Shown in pieces: positions 29,724 through 39,158 of a DNA stretch of 64,000 bases. Every line of letters begins with the position of its first letter. The stretch's first letter is position 1. The notes under the pieces were generated by a model. The model was not told the DNA's origin, did no database searches, and saw nothing but the letters and a program-made list of their open reading frames with translations. The DNA is from a virus (lineage: Duplodnaviria > Caudoviricetes), in the IMG/VR virus record IMGVR_UViG_3300011116_001229; one strand, given 5' to 3'. The position numbers and the translations under genes are program-made.

Positions 29724-29830
29724 AATCCTCTTGCTAATTTATTACGCTGATTTCATTTGAAATATTTTGTTTATCAAGATGACTTAAGTTACAGGCATAC
29801 ATAATCAATAATTTCTCAAGATATGGGCTC

Positions 29831-30796
29831 TCAAAAGAAGATATTTTGATTATACCACTCTAGTGTCTTTTTTATACCTTCTTCAAGAGATACTTTCGGT
29901 GTCCATCCAAAGATATTTTTAGCTCTGTTGCAATTTAAATAAAGAGATGTTGGCACTGAGGGCTTGGAAAGGTCGTGTTCAATCTGTAGATTTTTTCCTG
30001 AAGCTTTTACTATCTTTTGAACCAAGTCTTTAATTTTGATTCCTTCTCCTAAACCAACATTTACTAGCTCATATTGTGTAGACTGTTTTTGCAGTGCAAT
30101 CTCAACAAAACTTAAAAAGTCATCAATATGAAGCAAGTCTCTTTGTTCTTCTCCTGTACCCCACACAATTATCTTGTCATCTTTTGATGACATAACTTTT
30201 GTGACTGTAGCTCCAAAAACGTGTGATTTCTCTAGGTCAAACTTATCATACGATCCATAGAGATTTGAGTGTCTAATGACAGTATGCTTAGTTTTCCCAA
30301 TTCTTGAATAGAACTCACACATTTTTTCTAGGTAAACTTTCGTATGACCTGCTCCATAGTAAAAAGGTAAAATTTCATCTGATGGATTATAGTCATCTTC
30401 AGAAATTGCGGTGGCTGATTTCTGATACATTATTGTGCAGCTTGGAAATACAAAATGTTCTACGCTCTGTTCGAAGGCTTCTCTTAACAACAAAGAATTC
30501 ATTATTGCATTGTCAGTTACATGAATATAGGGTTTAGCAACAATATCTTTTGCGCCTGACGTTGTTGCTGCAAATTGTAGAACAACATCAACTCCTTTCA
30601 TGATTGACTTTACAGAATTATGGTCTCTTAGATCGCACTTTACCCATTCGACATTTTCATAACCTTTGGGTGCGGTTCTAGAAAAATGAGTTGCTCTAAT
30701 TTTATAGATGTCTTTCTTGACAAAGAAGTCAAGTAAATTTCTACCAATAAAGCCAGTAGCACCACAAATTAGCATTAGCTTTTTATTTTCTTCCAT
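29831..30796 (-). CDS. NAD-dependent nucleotide-sugar epimerase/reductase (Fcl-like extended SDR)
   Basis: GATGFIG, PSCTIMY, YGAGHTK, RHSNLYG, WGTGEEQRDLLH. Confidence 0.85.
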   Translation of the reverse strand: MEENKKLMLICGATGFIGRNLLDFFVKKDIYKIRATHFSRTAPKGYENVEWVKCDLRDHNSVKSIMKGVDVVLQFAATTSGAKDIVAKPYIHVTDNAIMNSLLLREAFEQSVEHFVFPSCTIMYQKSATAISEDDYNPSDEILPFYYGAGHTKVYLEKMCEFYSRIGKTKHTVIRHSNLYGSYDKFDLEKSHVFGATVTKVMSSKDDKIIVWGTGEEQRDLLHIDDFLSFVEIALQKQSTQYELVNVGLGEGIKIKDLVQKIVKASGKNLQIEHDLSKPSVPTSLYLNCNRAKNIFGWTPKVSLEEGIKKTLEWYNQNIFF

Positions 30797-31358
30797 CTAA
30801 AACCAGCCGCTTTTCTTTATTTAAAAATGCATTATAGATTTCATCTAGAACAAAGTTTATATCCATCGCGTTTTCTTTTTCAAGACTTGTCTTAATATTA
30901 GTTGGATATACATCAAGAATATGAATTCTTTCATTCTCAGATGAAAAACTTTGAGAGAATCCTCTTAGCCCCCATTTCGTAGCTGAGTATAAAGTTCTTT
31001 TTGGCTTTATTTCTAGACCAACCATTGAGTTTATATTGATAACACAATTTAATTGATCAACTAGACCATGAGTAAGAAGAATAGGGGCAAGCAAATTAAC
31101 ACTTGTCATATCAACTATCTCGCCCTGACTATACTCATGTAGCTTCTTTCCTGGGCATGTAATAGCTGCATTATTGACTAATACATCAATTTTATTTTCT
31201 TTTGCAAGACAAATTAGTCTGTTTAAATCGTTTAAATTAATTAGATTAAAGTGATTTTTCCCATTGTGTTTTAGAACAAAATGACCTTCGTCTTCAAACT
31301 TTTTTGACAAGTATTTGCCTAGTCCTGAACTCGCGCCTGTAACTAGAATTCTATTCAT
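30783..31358 (-). CDS. Short-chain dehydrogenase/reductase (classical SDR)
   Basis: VTGASSGLG, VNNAA, YSATK (YxxxK). Confidence 0.85.
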   Translation of the reverse strand: MNRILVTGASSGLGKYLSKKFEDEGHFVLKHNGKNHFNLINLNDLNRLICLAKENKIDVLVNNAAITCPGKKLHEYSQGEIVDMTSVNLLAPILLTHGLVDQLNCVININSMVGLEIKPKRTLYSATKWGLRGFSQSFSSENERIHILDVYPTNIKTSLEKENAMDINFVLDEIYNAFLNKEKRLVLDGRK

Positions 31359-32333
31359 TTAAACTTTTTCTTTCAAGATCTTAAATGTGTCAAGTCCTGT
31401 ATTTGCTTCTTGAATATTTTTCACATACCAATTAACAGTCTCTTCTATACCTTGTCTAATTGTTATCTTTGGTGTAAAACCTAATTTTTGTGCACGCTTA
31501 GTATCAAAAATTCTCTTAGCATCACCTGTCGGTTTAGATAGATCCCACTCTACATCAACCCCAGCTATCTCAGCAACACAGTCTGCAACTTCTTTTATTG
31601 TAACTCCGTTCCCAGATCCCAAATTTAAGGGATCTGTTATCTTATTTTCAACTGCGAAGATCATACCTTCTGCAACATCTTTTGCATGAATAAAGTCTCT
31701 TACAGCTGATCCGTCACCCCAGACAGAAAGCTTTCGATTTGAAAATGCTTTTCTAATTAATGATGGTATGACCATTGAGCTTTCAAGATCAAAGTTATCA
31801 TATGGTCCATAAACATTAGCAGGTCTCACAATGCTACATTTGCCTTCACCAAATTGTTTTTCATATGCTTGACACTGAAGTTCACCCATTCTTTTTGCCC
31901 ACCCGCCAAACCAATCGTTTTTAGAAGGCTGAGAAGACCAAACATCATCTTCATGAAAGACTTCGGCTGGTGCATAAACACCTACTGTGCTTGTATACAA
32001 GTACCATTTTATATTTGCTTGCATTGCTGCTTCTAACATGTTTGTATTAAACTGAAGCATGGGGCCCATAATGTCAGCAGGTCTTTCAATGCACACTTTT
32101 GGCGAGCATTTAATTCCAACTAAATTAAAGACGTAGTCAATATTTTCACATATTTTTTTACATGAATTAAAGTCTCTGAGGTCAACATTGACAAATTCTA
32201 CACCTTTTACATCAGGGGCTTGTCTAATGTCGGCAACTCTAATATTTGCTCTCCTCTTTTGTAGAAGGTCAACAAGATGCCTGCCAATCATCCCATTCCC
32301 ACCAGTAACTAATACTTTCTTGTTTTCAAACAT
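31359..32333 (-). CDS. NAD-dependent nucleotide-sugar reductase/epimerase (ColC/Fcl-like)
   Basis: Start moved to MFENKK at 32333 (SD AGGAG upstream). TGGNGMIG, YGWAKR-like FGGWAKR, RPANVYGP, WGDGSAVRDFIH. Confidence 0.85.
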   Translation of the reverse strand: MFENKKVLVTGGNGMIGRHLVDLLQKRRANIRVADIRQAPDVKGVEFVNVDLRDFNSCKKICENIDYVFNLVGIKCSPKVCIERPADIMGPMLQFNTNMLEAAMQANIKWYLYTSTVGVYAPAEVFHEDDVWSSQPSKNDWFGGWAKRMGELQCQAYEKQFGEGKCSIVRPANVYGPYDNFDLESSMVIPSLIRKAFSNRKLSVWGDGSAVRDFIHAKDVAEGMIFAVENKITDPLNLGSGNGVTIKEVADCVAEIAGVDVEWDLSKPTGDAKRIFDTKRAQKLGFTPKITIRQGIEETVNWYVKNIQEANTGLDTFKILKEKV

Positions 32334-33507
32334 TATCAATCTCCTGAGAAAATTTAAGACAAATTTTTTCAATATCATCATCATTGACGTCAGAATGATT
32401 GCCAATGTAAAGACCGAAATCATGTACATGATTGACTGTTTCCAAATTTCCTACAATTTTGTGAGTAAACTTTTTTAGATATGGTTGACGTGCTTGATTA
32501 CCTCCGCCGGCTGTGCCTTTTCTGTATTCAATTCCTTCGCTGTCAAGAATATCACATATCTTTTTAAAAGCATCTTCATTTGGTCTACGCAAAATTAGGG
32601 GCAGAGAGAAATTACTACTTCCCAATGTATCAAACTCTGTAATGAATGTTCTAGAGTCAAGCTTGGAAAGCCAACTCATAAGATTATTAGTTCTTTTTTG
32701 TATGGTGGAATCTAGGTGCTTTAATTGTTCTAAACCGATTACTGCATTTATCTCTGTGCTCCTCATGTTGAATCCAGGAACTACGAAAGTGAACAGAGGA
32801 TTTAGAGATGGATTTTCATTTGAGTATTTCGCTTTATTTTCTTCGTCAAGCTCACGAATCATACCGTGAGATCTGTATAGTTTAGCAAGATCATAAAGCT
32901 CTTTATCATTTGTGCAGATCATTCCACCCTCAATTGTAGTCATATGATGACCGAAGTAGAATGAAAAATTTGATATATCACCAAGAGTTCCAACTTTTCT
33001 TTCATTGAATGTTGCGCCATGTGACTCACAGCAATCTTCAATTAACATCAAATTGTATTTTTTTGCAATTTCAATAATTTTATTATTTATGCCATTAAAT
33101 CCTAGCGTATGAACTAAAACTATTGCTTTTGTATTTTCTGTTATTGCCTCTTCAATATTTTCAGCAGTAATTGCTAAATTTTCCATTGAGACGTCAACAA
33201 ACACGGGAGTCATGCCGAGATTTACGACGGCAGCGATATCAGAGACCCAACCAAGAGGAGGTACAATTATCTCGCCTGCACCTTTTACGTCTCGGCAAAT
33301 TGCAGTCATAATGTAGTTTGCGGAAGCGCCCGAGTTAACAAATACGCTATAAGAAACGCCGAGCCACTCGGACCATTTATTCTCAAACTCTTGTACCTTT
33401 TTTCCTTGCGTCAGCCTCACACCAGGCTCAGAAAGAAATTTTATTAAAGCTTTTTTATCACTGTCTGACACGTTGTCATTGATTAGAGGCCATTTGAAGT
33501 TTTGCAT
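32326..33507 (-). CDS. PLP-dependent NDP-4-keto-6-deoxysugar 3-dehydratase (ColD/E1-like, DegT family)
   Basis: FVNSGASAN, IEDCCESHG and FSFYFGHHMTTIEGGM have His in place of the Schiff-base Lys. RSHGMIR and PGFNMR also resemble ColD. Confidence 0.75.
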   Translation of the reverse strand: MQNFKWPLINDNVSDSDKKALIKFLSEPGVRLTQGKKVQEFENKWSEWLGVSYSVFVNSGASANYIMTAICRDVKGAGEIIVPPLGWVSDIAAVVNLGMTPVFVDVSMENLAITAENIEEAITENTKAIVLVHTLGFNGINNKIIEIAKKYNLMLIEDCCESHGATFNERKVGTLGDISNFSFYFGHHMTTIEGGMICTNDKELYDLAKLYRSHGMIRELDEENKAKYSNENPSLNPLFTFVVPGFNMRSTEINAVIGLEQLKHLDSTIQKRTNNLMSWLSKLDSRTFITEFDTLGSSNFSLPLILRRPNEDAFKKICDILDSEGIEYRKGTAGGGNQARQPYLKKFTHKIVGNLETVNHVHDFGLYIGNHSDVNDDDIEKICLKFSQEIDNV

Positions 33508-33511
33508 ATTG

Positions 33512-33994
33512 TCACTTGTCTCTTTTTTGTAAAATTGGATTTAAAATCGGCCAGTCAATTCCGATAGTAGAATCATTCCATTTAATAGTAAATTGTTCAT
33601 CAACATCGGGATATGTGCCCTCGTAAGACCACTTATAATGAAACACAGACTGTTTACTCATTACAAGGAATCCATTACCGAAACCAGGCGGAAGTAATAT
33701 AGACTTCTTATTTTTGTCACTCAACATAACCCAGTCCCACTTTTTAAATGTGGGTGAGTCTGGGCGATTGTCGACAACTACAAAATAAATTTCGCCAAAC
33801 AGGCACGTTACCAATTTAGTTGACTTAAAATCGCCATGAATGCCTCTTAGCACATTCTTTCTTGATGTTGAAACTTTGTCATGATTAAATTTAATAGACG
33901 GATATGTTTCATCCTCTTTCCACAGAGTCCACAAGTCTCCTCTGTAGTCACTGTAATAACTTGCTTCATACTCTTTGACATCAGAAAATATCAT
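33512..33994 (-). CDS. RmlC-like cupin epimerase, MlghB/DdahB (GDP-keto-deoxyheptose epimerase) type
   Basis: RGDLWT, KFNHDK, VLRGIHGD, KLVTC, PPGFGNGF (Asn where RmlC has His), YKWSYEG.Y, QFTIKWND..IGIDWP. Confidence 0.75.
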   Translation of the reverse strand: MIFSDVKEYEASYYSDYRGDLWTLWKEDETYPSIKFNHDKVSTSRKNVLRGIHGDFKSTKLVTCLFGEIYFVVVDNRPDSPTFKKWDWVMLSDKNKKSILLPPGFGNGFLVMSKQSVFHYKWSYEGTYPDVDEQFTIKWNDSTIGIDWPILNPILQKRDK

Positions 33995-34902
33995 GTTAAT
34001 TTAGTCGATAGTAACTCTAGACATTTATTGATTATTTTTTCAGAGCTTGGTGGAAATAAGTCAACGCTTGGATGAAAACCTGCTGTTCTTTCTTCTAATC
34101 CTAAAACATCGACTGTCTTTTTAGATGATAACATAAGCTGATGAGCGATATTTGTGGCAACTCCTTGAGCGTAGTCATCATCAATTACTAAACCTGCTTT
34201 TGAGTTTTTTAATGCATCTACCGATTTTTGCTTCCCAGTAAAAGGTTTTATCCATAATTGATGAACGATACTTACAGTGTATCCAAGCTCTTCTAATTTT
34301 AGTTTTGCATCTTTTGCTGAAAATCTTGTAATTGATATTGGAAATAATACTATGTCGGAATTTTCATGTATTTCATCTTCAAGTTCTTCACAATTATCAT
34401 AACTTTTTCTATGCTCTGAGACGTAATATGGTACGTCATCTTTCATGAAAGAGTCATAAACTTTTTCATACTCAATTGGGGTCATGGGTGCAGCAATTTT
34501 TAAACCTGGCATTCTATCATATAACGAATGATGTGATGAACCTGCAACTGGACCTACGCCGCCCTCCATTGCAATACTTCTGACAAAGATGGGGCAGGGT
34601 ATTCCCCAAATTTCTTTTGACTTGGCAGCGTAGTTAACAATTGAAGGTGCATTATACCACTGAAATCCCTGATATCTAACAACGTAAATTGGTCTTTCAC
34701 CTGCAAGTGCAATTCCTGTAACAATAGAACCTCCGGCGACGTCAGCCATCGAAAGTTCAACCATTCCGTCTTTCTCATAGAGCTCTGGTAGTGTTCCGCC
34801 AACCCATCCAACAGCTGTTAGACACTGTCCAAAACATCTTTTTCCACTTTCTAGATGTTTCTTAGTAAGAGACTTTATTGTTTCTCTAACGTTCTTTGCC
34901 AT
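33991..34902 (-). CDS. TPP-dependent enzyme, E1-beta/transketolase C-terminal-like subunit
   Basis: LPELYEK..MVELSMAD, PIFVRSI, SSHHS, PGLKIAAP, EHRKSY, ATNIAHQL. Confidence 0.85.
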   Translation of the reverse strand: MAKNVRETIKSLTKKHLESGKRCFGQCLTAVGWVGGTLPELYEKDGMVELSMADVAGGSIVTGIALAGERPIYVVRYQGFQWYNAPSIVNYAAKSKEIWGIPCPIFVRSIAMEGGVGPVAGSSHHSLYDRMPGLKIAAPMTPIEYEKVYDSFMKDDVPYYVSEHRKSYDNCEELEDEIHENSDIVLFPISITRFSAKDAKLKLEELGYTVSIVHQLWIKPFTGKQKSVDALKNSKAGLVIDDDYAQGVATNIAHQLMLSSKKTVDVLGLEERTAGFHPSVDLFPPSSEKIINKCLELLSTKLT

Positions 34903-35708
34903 AATTCCTCTACATGTAGATGTGTTCTTTCATGTATTTCTTGTGCCTTGATGCCTAATATCTTCATTTCATTTTCATAGCGGTCATAGATAGTTTCGTC
35001 ATCAATACCTGCACCAGCGTGCCAATATTTTCTATGAGTATTGACATTTATAAGCAACGGGCTAGCAAACACAGATGTCAAAGCTTCTTGAATCTCGTGC
35101 GGATCATCATTTATATTAAACGCACTCATTCCAAACGATTTAGCAACATCATCCATCTCCCAGCTTCTTCTAACTTTTTTCTCTGTGAGAATTGAAAGAT
35201 TGTTATCCTCAACAACAAATAATATTGGTAGTTTTTTAGTAGCTGCCCAGCCAAGTGCGCCTAAAACATAGTCTTCTTCTGCAGAGGCATCACCCATAAA
35301 AACTATAGTAGGTTTTTTTGTTGAATAACAGTGCCCAACTGAGATTGGGACTTGACTTCCCATCAGGCCATCGTGACCATAAATATTTTTAGGCCTAGAC
35401 TGAATTGAAGCAGATCCACCCATGCCATTTGAACAACCTGTTTTTCTTCCTAAAAGTTCATCAATTAATTCTTCTATAGGCGCTTCAAAAGACAGATAAG
35501 TTGAATGTCCTCTGTGTTGAATAAAGATATTAGGATTAATCTTTGCTAAAGATAAACATTCAGCAATTGAAGCTGCAATATATTCTTGGCCTGCAGACAG
35601 ATAAATTGGAAATTTAAAAGTATTAAGTTTTATAAGATCAAAAACTTTTTTCTCAAAATTTCTGCAAAGCGAAGCTCGCTTAAATACATTTAGTCTGTAT
35701 TCACTCAT
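34875..35708 (-). CDS. TPP-dependent enzyme, E1-alpha-like subunit
   Basis: LSAGQE, QHRGHSTYL, GMGGSAS, GDASAEE...VEDNN (GDG-x-NN-like TPP motif). Confidence 0.85.
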   Translation of the reverse strand: MSEYRLNVFKRASLCRNFEKKVFDLIKLNTFKFPIYLSAGQEYIAASIAECLSLAKINPNIFIQHRGHSTYLSFEAPIEELIDELLGRKTGCSNGMGGSASIQSRPKNIYGHDGLMGSQVPISVGHCYSTKKPTIVFMGDASAEEDYVLGALGWAATKKLPILFVVEDNNLSILTEKKVRRSWEMDDVAKSFGMSAFNINDDPHEIQEALTSVFASPLLINVNTHRKYWHAGAGIDDETIYDRYENEMKILGIKAQEIHERTHLHVEELWQRTLEKQ

Positions 35709-36087
35709 AATTCTTTTCTATAAAAAGCAAGGCATCATTCCAGTTGCTAAATCTATAACCTTTATCATCAATGTACAGAAAAGCTCTTGGTTTTTCAGAT
35801 GTTACTTCTTTTACTAGAGAAAATATTTCATACTTTTTAAGCCAATCTTCTACATGCTCTTTTCCTGTTTTACCTTGAATAAGAGGTCTGTTTGGTTTAG
35901 CTTTTGCAGTAAAAATAACAATATTGAACTTTTTAGATAGTTTCTTGACTGACTCAATTGCACCGGGCAAGGGTTCTCCGTAGCATGTTCCATCATGAAA
36001 ACCTTTACTAAAATCGTGTATTACACCATCAAAGTCAATTGCGATATTGTTTGACTCATTTTCAAATCCTGGCGGGAAATCTTTCAT
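35701..36087 (-). CDS. HAD-superfamily phosphatase
   Basis: IAIDFDGVIH (DxD), FTAK, KP...YIDDK. Confidence 0.8.
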   Translation of the reverse strand: MKDFPPGFENESNNIAIDFDGVIHDFSKGFHDGTCYGEPLPGAIESVKKLSKKFNIVIFTAKAKPNRPLIQGKTGKEHVEDWLKKYEIFSLVKEVTSEKPRAFLYIDDKGYRFSNWNDALLFIEKNYE

Positions 36088-36089
36088 AA

Positions 36090-36764
36090 TTAAAAGTTAC
36101 CTTCATGAGTTAAAACAATCGTGTTATTAGACATATTAGAAAAAACTTTTAACAATTTTTTTAAGACATCTTTGGTTACAATATCGCCGGGACCTGCAAC
36201 ATTAATGTCATACTCTGTTAAGAGGCCTCCTCTTAAAAACATAATGTGTGAATCAGTTTGTTCTAATAGTCTTTGCATATGTTGCATGCTATCAATGTGA
36301 TGAACAGCTATTTTTTTTCCACCAAGATTATAGAAATTACTCAATCCTTTGACTGGTTCATCGATCCAAATACATTCACTTGCTTTTGGTAATTCATTTG
36401 ACTCATCTTCATAAGGCTGACCTGTTCTTCCATATTTGTCTTCAAGTCTAACAAGATCGTGCTTATTGACAGGTGTTTCAATTTCGAATATGCATAAATT
36501 AGAACCAATTGCATGTGTAGAATGAAAAAGTCCTTTTCTTATCATTGTCTTTTCTTTTGTAGATAGACTTAACTTATTAGATAAGAAAGAAACTTCTGCA
36601 TCTCCATCAATTACCATCAGGCCCGTAGTTTTATTTGGGTGACAGTGCATTGAAGTTTTTTGGTCCCTTAAAATACTAAGAAACCATAAAGCTACATTTT
36701 CATTTTCATATACTAGATATTCATAGCCCCATGGTTTCTTAACAATATTCGTCTTATAACTCAT
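36090..36764 (-). CDS. Cupin-domain protein (KPWG type)
   Basis: VKKPWGYEY, TSMHCHPNK, GLFHST, EIETP. Confidence 0.7.
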   Translation of the reverse strand: MSYKTNIVKKPWGYEYLVYENENVALWFLSILRDQKTSMHCHPNKTTGLMVIDGDAEVSFLSNKLSLSTKEKTMIRKGLFHSTHAIGSNLCIFEIETPVNKHDLVRLEDKYGRTGQPYEDESNELPKASECIWIDEPVKGLSNFYNLGGKKIAVHHIDSMQHMQRLLEQTDSHIMFLRGGLLTEYDINVAGPGDIVTKDVLKKLLKVFSNMSNNTIVLTHEGNF

Positions 36765-36765
36765 C

Positions 36766-37293
36766 TCACACCATGCTGATCGCTTTTTTCATCCAAGGTC
36801 CCATGTGTTTATAATGCGGAGATGTAACAATATTGTTAGAGACAACAAAGGGCGCATCAACGTATATTGCTCCTGCATTGTTAATATCATCCTTAATACT
36901 ATAGTACCCAGAGATCTGTCTTCCCTCAACAACTTTTGAAGAAATTAAAAGTTGAGCACCATGACAAATACAAGCTATGACTTTTTTTCTCTTATCCCAC
37001 TCATTAATAAAGTCTAGGACATCTTTTTCTTGTCTAAGATACTCTAGAGCCTTGACTCCACCAGGAATTACAAGTAAGTCATACTTTAAAAAGTTTTCTC
37101 TTTTGCTTGCATCAGACAGATCACTTAGCAGATGAGTTCCGTTCATGTACGTTCCTAATATGCCATAAAATCTTCCTTGTTTGTTAGACATAATTTCAAC
37201 ATCATACTCATCTTCTGTTAGTCGATAGTATGGATAGATGACCTCATGGTCTTGATAACTTTCATATGTCAATATTAATGCTTTTTTATTCAT
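36766..37293 (-). CDS. DJ-1/PfpI family protein
   Basis: YQDHEVIYPYYRL, LLVIPGG, ACICHGAQLL (nucleophile elbow Cys-His), NIVTS. Confidence 0.9.
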   Translation of the reverse strand: MNKKALILTYESYQDHEVIYPYYRLTEDEYDVEIMSNKQGRFYGILGTYMNGTHLLSDLSDASKRENFLKYDLLVIPGGVKALEYLRQEKDVLDFINEWDKRKKVIACICHGAQLLISSKVVEGRQISGYYSIKDDINNAGAIYVDAPFVVSNNIVTSPHYKHMGPWMKKAISMV

Positions 37294-37937
37294 TTTCCCT
37301 CATCGTGTTTGTAAACAAGTAGCGTATCGTCTCCCCTACCAGAGTCTTTAGAGAAATCAACTCTCTCAAATTGATTTAAAAAATTTTCAGGATAGACGTT
37401 TTCAGGATAAATGTCTTCAATAACATAGACGCCGCCTGGTTTTAGTTTGCTCTTGAGTATAGAAAAGTTACTAATTTGATTATCGGCTATGTGTGAGCCA
37501 TCGTCGATTATAAGATCAAATTTTCTACTTCCTAGTGGCTCATATGTTAGTAGACTTTCATGATTGCCTGAAATTAGTTTTAAGTTAGGATAGTTGCTTG
37601 GATCTATCCATAATCGATCTAAATTTTGGTCAACACCGCAAATAAAAGCTTGTGGTAATGATTCACACCACGCAGCAACTGATCCGCCAAAATATGTTCC
37701 TAGCTCCATTATTGAAAAGTCTTCTTCTTTTTGACTTCCAAGTAAATTTGTTATTAGGCTTGCGTAAAATTCACCATAAGAGTGGTATAGATTTTTGTCA
37801 GTATAATGCCTTTTTCTATTAGCACATTCTATAGAATGACATCCATTCGGTCTAGCTCCACAAGATCCTTCTTGATAAAATCTATCGGAGTAAAAGTTTA
37901 GTCTTTCTAAAATCTTGTCTTTTAATGTAATAGTCAC
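37290..37937 (-). CDS. Class I SAM-dependent methyltransferase, sugar O-methyltransferase-like
   Basis: MELGTYFGGS, GVD, FDLIIDDGSH, LKPGGVYVIED. Confidence 0.8.
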   Translation of the reverse strand: MTITLKDKILERLNFYSDRFYQEGSCGARPNGCHSIECANRKRHYTDKNLYHSYGEFYASLITNLLGSQKEEDFSIMELGTYFGGSVAAWCESLPQAFICGVDQNLDRLWIDPSNYPNLKLISGNHESLLTYEPLGSRKFDLIIDDGSHIADNQISNFSILKSKLKPGGVYVIEDIYPENVYPENFLNQFERVDFSKDSGRGDDTLLVYKHDEGK

Positions 37938-38335
37938 CAGCTTACCTCCCAGTCTTTAAAGTCTGCTGCTAAACAGTCAATTTTATAATCTTTTCTTCCG
38001 CCTGCCGACTCTTGAATCTTATTCTTGGCTGTATTTCGTATTCCATTAAGACCATGAGTAAGCTCTAGATTATTACCATCTTTAATGCCTTTTCTATAGT
38101 TTGACTCATTATGCCATATGTGAAGATTCATTTGTGAAAGTACAACAATAGCTCTAACGTCTTCTGCAGAGAGGACTATATTTGAATCATTTAAGCATTG
38201 TTGTATGTCATAAACAATGTCTTTAATTTCTTCTGAATATTCTTTTTTATGTTCAGTAATAAAGACTTCTTTTAGCTGAAGAATTGAGAGTCTATCAATT
38301 AGCTCTGATAGTGTAGGCAGATATCTTCTATTCAT
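37934..38335 (-). CDS. Conserved small helical protein (DUF6165-like)
   Basis: TLSELIDRLSILQLK resembles the 'GELIDKxxILEIK' family often found in glycan loci. Confidence 0.55.
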   Translation of the reverse strand: MNRRYLPTLSELIDRLSILQLKEVFITEHKKEYSEEIKDIVYDIQQCLNDSNIVLSAEDVRAIVVLSQMNLHIWHNESNYRKGIKDGNNLELTHGLNGIRNTAKNKIQESAGGRKDYKIDCLAADFKDWEVSW

Positions 38336-38372
38336 GTTTTTCTTGAATATAACAAGTTAGATAGAAAGTGTA

Positions 38373-39158
38373 TTAGAGATAAGACTGTTTTAAGTCTAGT
38401 AATGTATCAGAGAGAAGTTGATCGTATGAATAAAGAATTTTTTCTGAGCTAAGATACGTTAATTTTTTTTGAGAGCTTTGTCTAGACTCAGTGACATATT
38501 CTTCATAGTTCATATTAAATTTTTTATAGAGATCTTTAGCATACTCTCTGACATTAAAATAGGTACCGGATCCTATAATCTGTGATTGTTTTGTAATTTC
38601 AGCTTGACTAGCAACCCATTTAGCGTGCAAAATATCTCTATTCCAGTCTAGATTTCCAACTTCTATCTTTTTTTTACAAAGCAATGACTGAAAAATCTTA
38701 CCCATTAAGAAATTAGAACTTCTGTATCTTGAATTAAAATTGAAAGGATATAAAATTATTACATTTTCTATTTCTTTTAAAATTTTAGCAGCTTTGTATT
38801 TTGAAATAGTGTAATAGTTTTCTTCAAAGTTAAAGTCCGTATTTAAGCTAATAGCTCCGGAACAATTACTCCAAAGTTCTACAGTTGAAAAATATACAAT
38901 TTCTTTTGCATTAATTTTTTTTGCAACTTCTAGTGTTAAGTCAACATTAATTCTATTAAACTCTTCTTTAAAAGCTATATCATGCGCATGTACTGTTCTT
39001 TGTTCTGCAAAACAGATATAAACTCTTTCCCAATTAGCCTGATAAATATGATTGGGTATATTTCTAGAAGATACTCTTACTAGTTCTGGGGACATGTAAT
39101 TGGATAGCTGAGAGCTTTCACCAATTATTAAGTTATTTTTAAATAGACTGCTACGCAT
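38373..39158 (-). CDS. Atypical NAD-dependent epimerase/dehydratase
   Basis: Start moved to Met 39158 (ATGCGTAG overlap). LIIGESSQL degenerate Rossmann motif, YFST, YTISKY (YxxxK), GNLDWNRDILH. Confidence 0.65.
   Translation of the reverse strand: MRSSLFKNNLIIGESSQLSNYMSPELVRVSSRNIPNHIYQANWERVYICFAEQRTVHAHDIAFKEEFNRINVDLTLEVAKKINAKEIVYFSTVELWSNCSGAISLNTDFNFEENYYTISKYKAAKILKEIENVIILYPFNFNSRYRSSNFLMGKIFQSLLCKKKIEVGNLDWNRDILHAKWVASQAEITKQSQIIGSGTYFNVREYAKDLYKKFNMNYEEYVTESRQSSQKKLTYLSSEKILYSYDQLLSDTLLDLKQSYL

Noticed and set aside
33991-35708. Pyruvate dehydrogenase as an auxiliary metabolic gene
   Set aside because: No E2/E3 or lipoyl domain; subunits are short and embedded among NDP-sugar enzymes.
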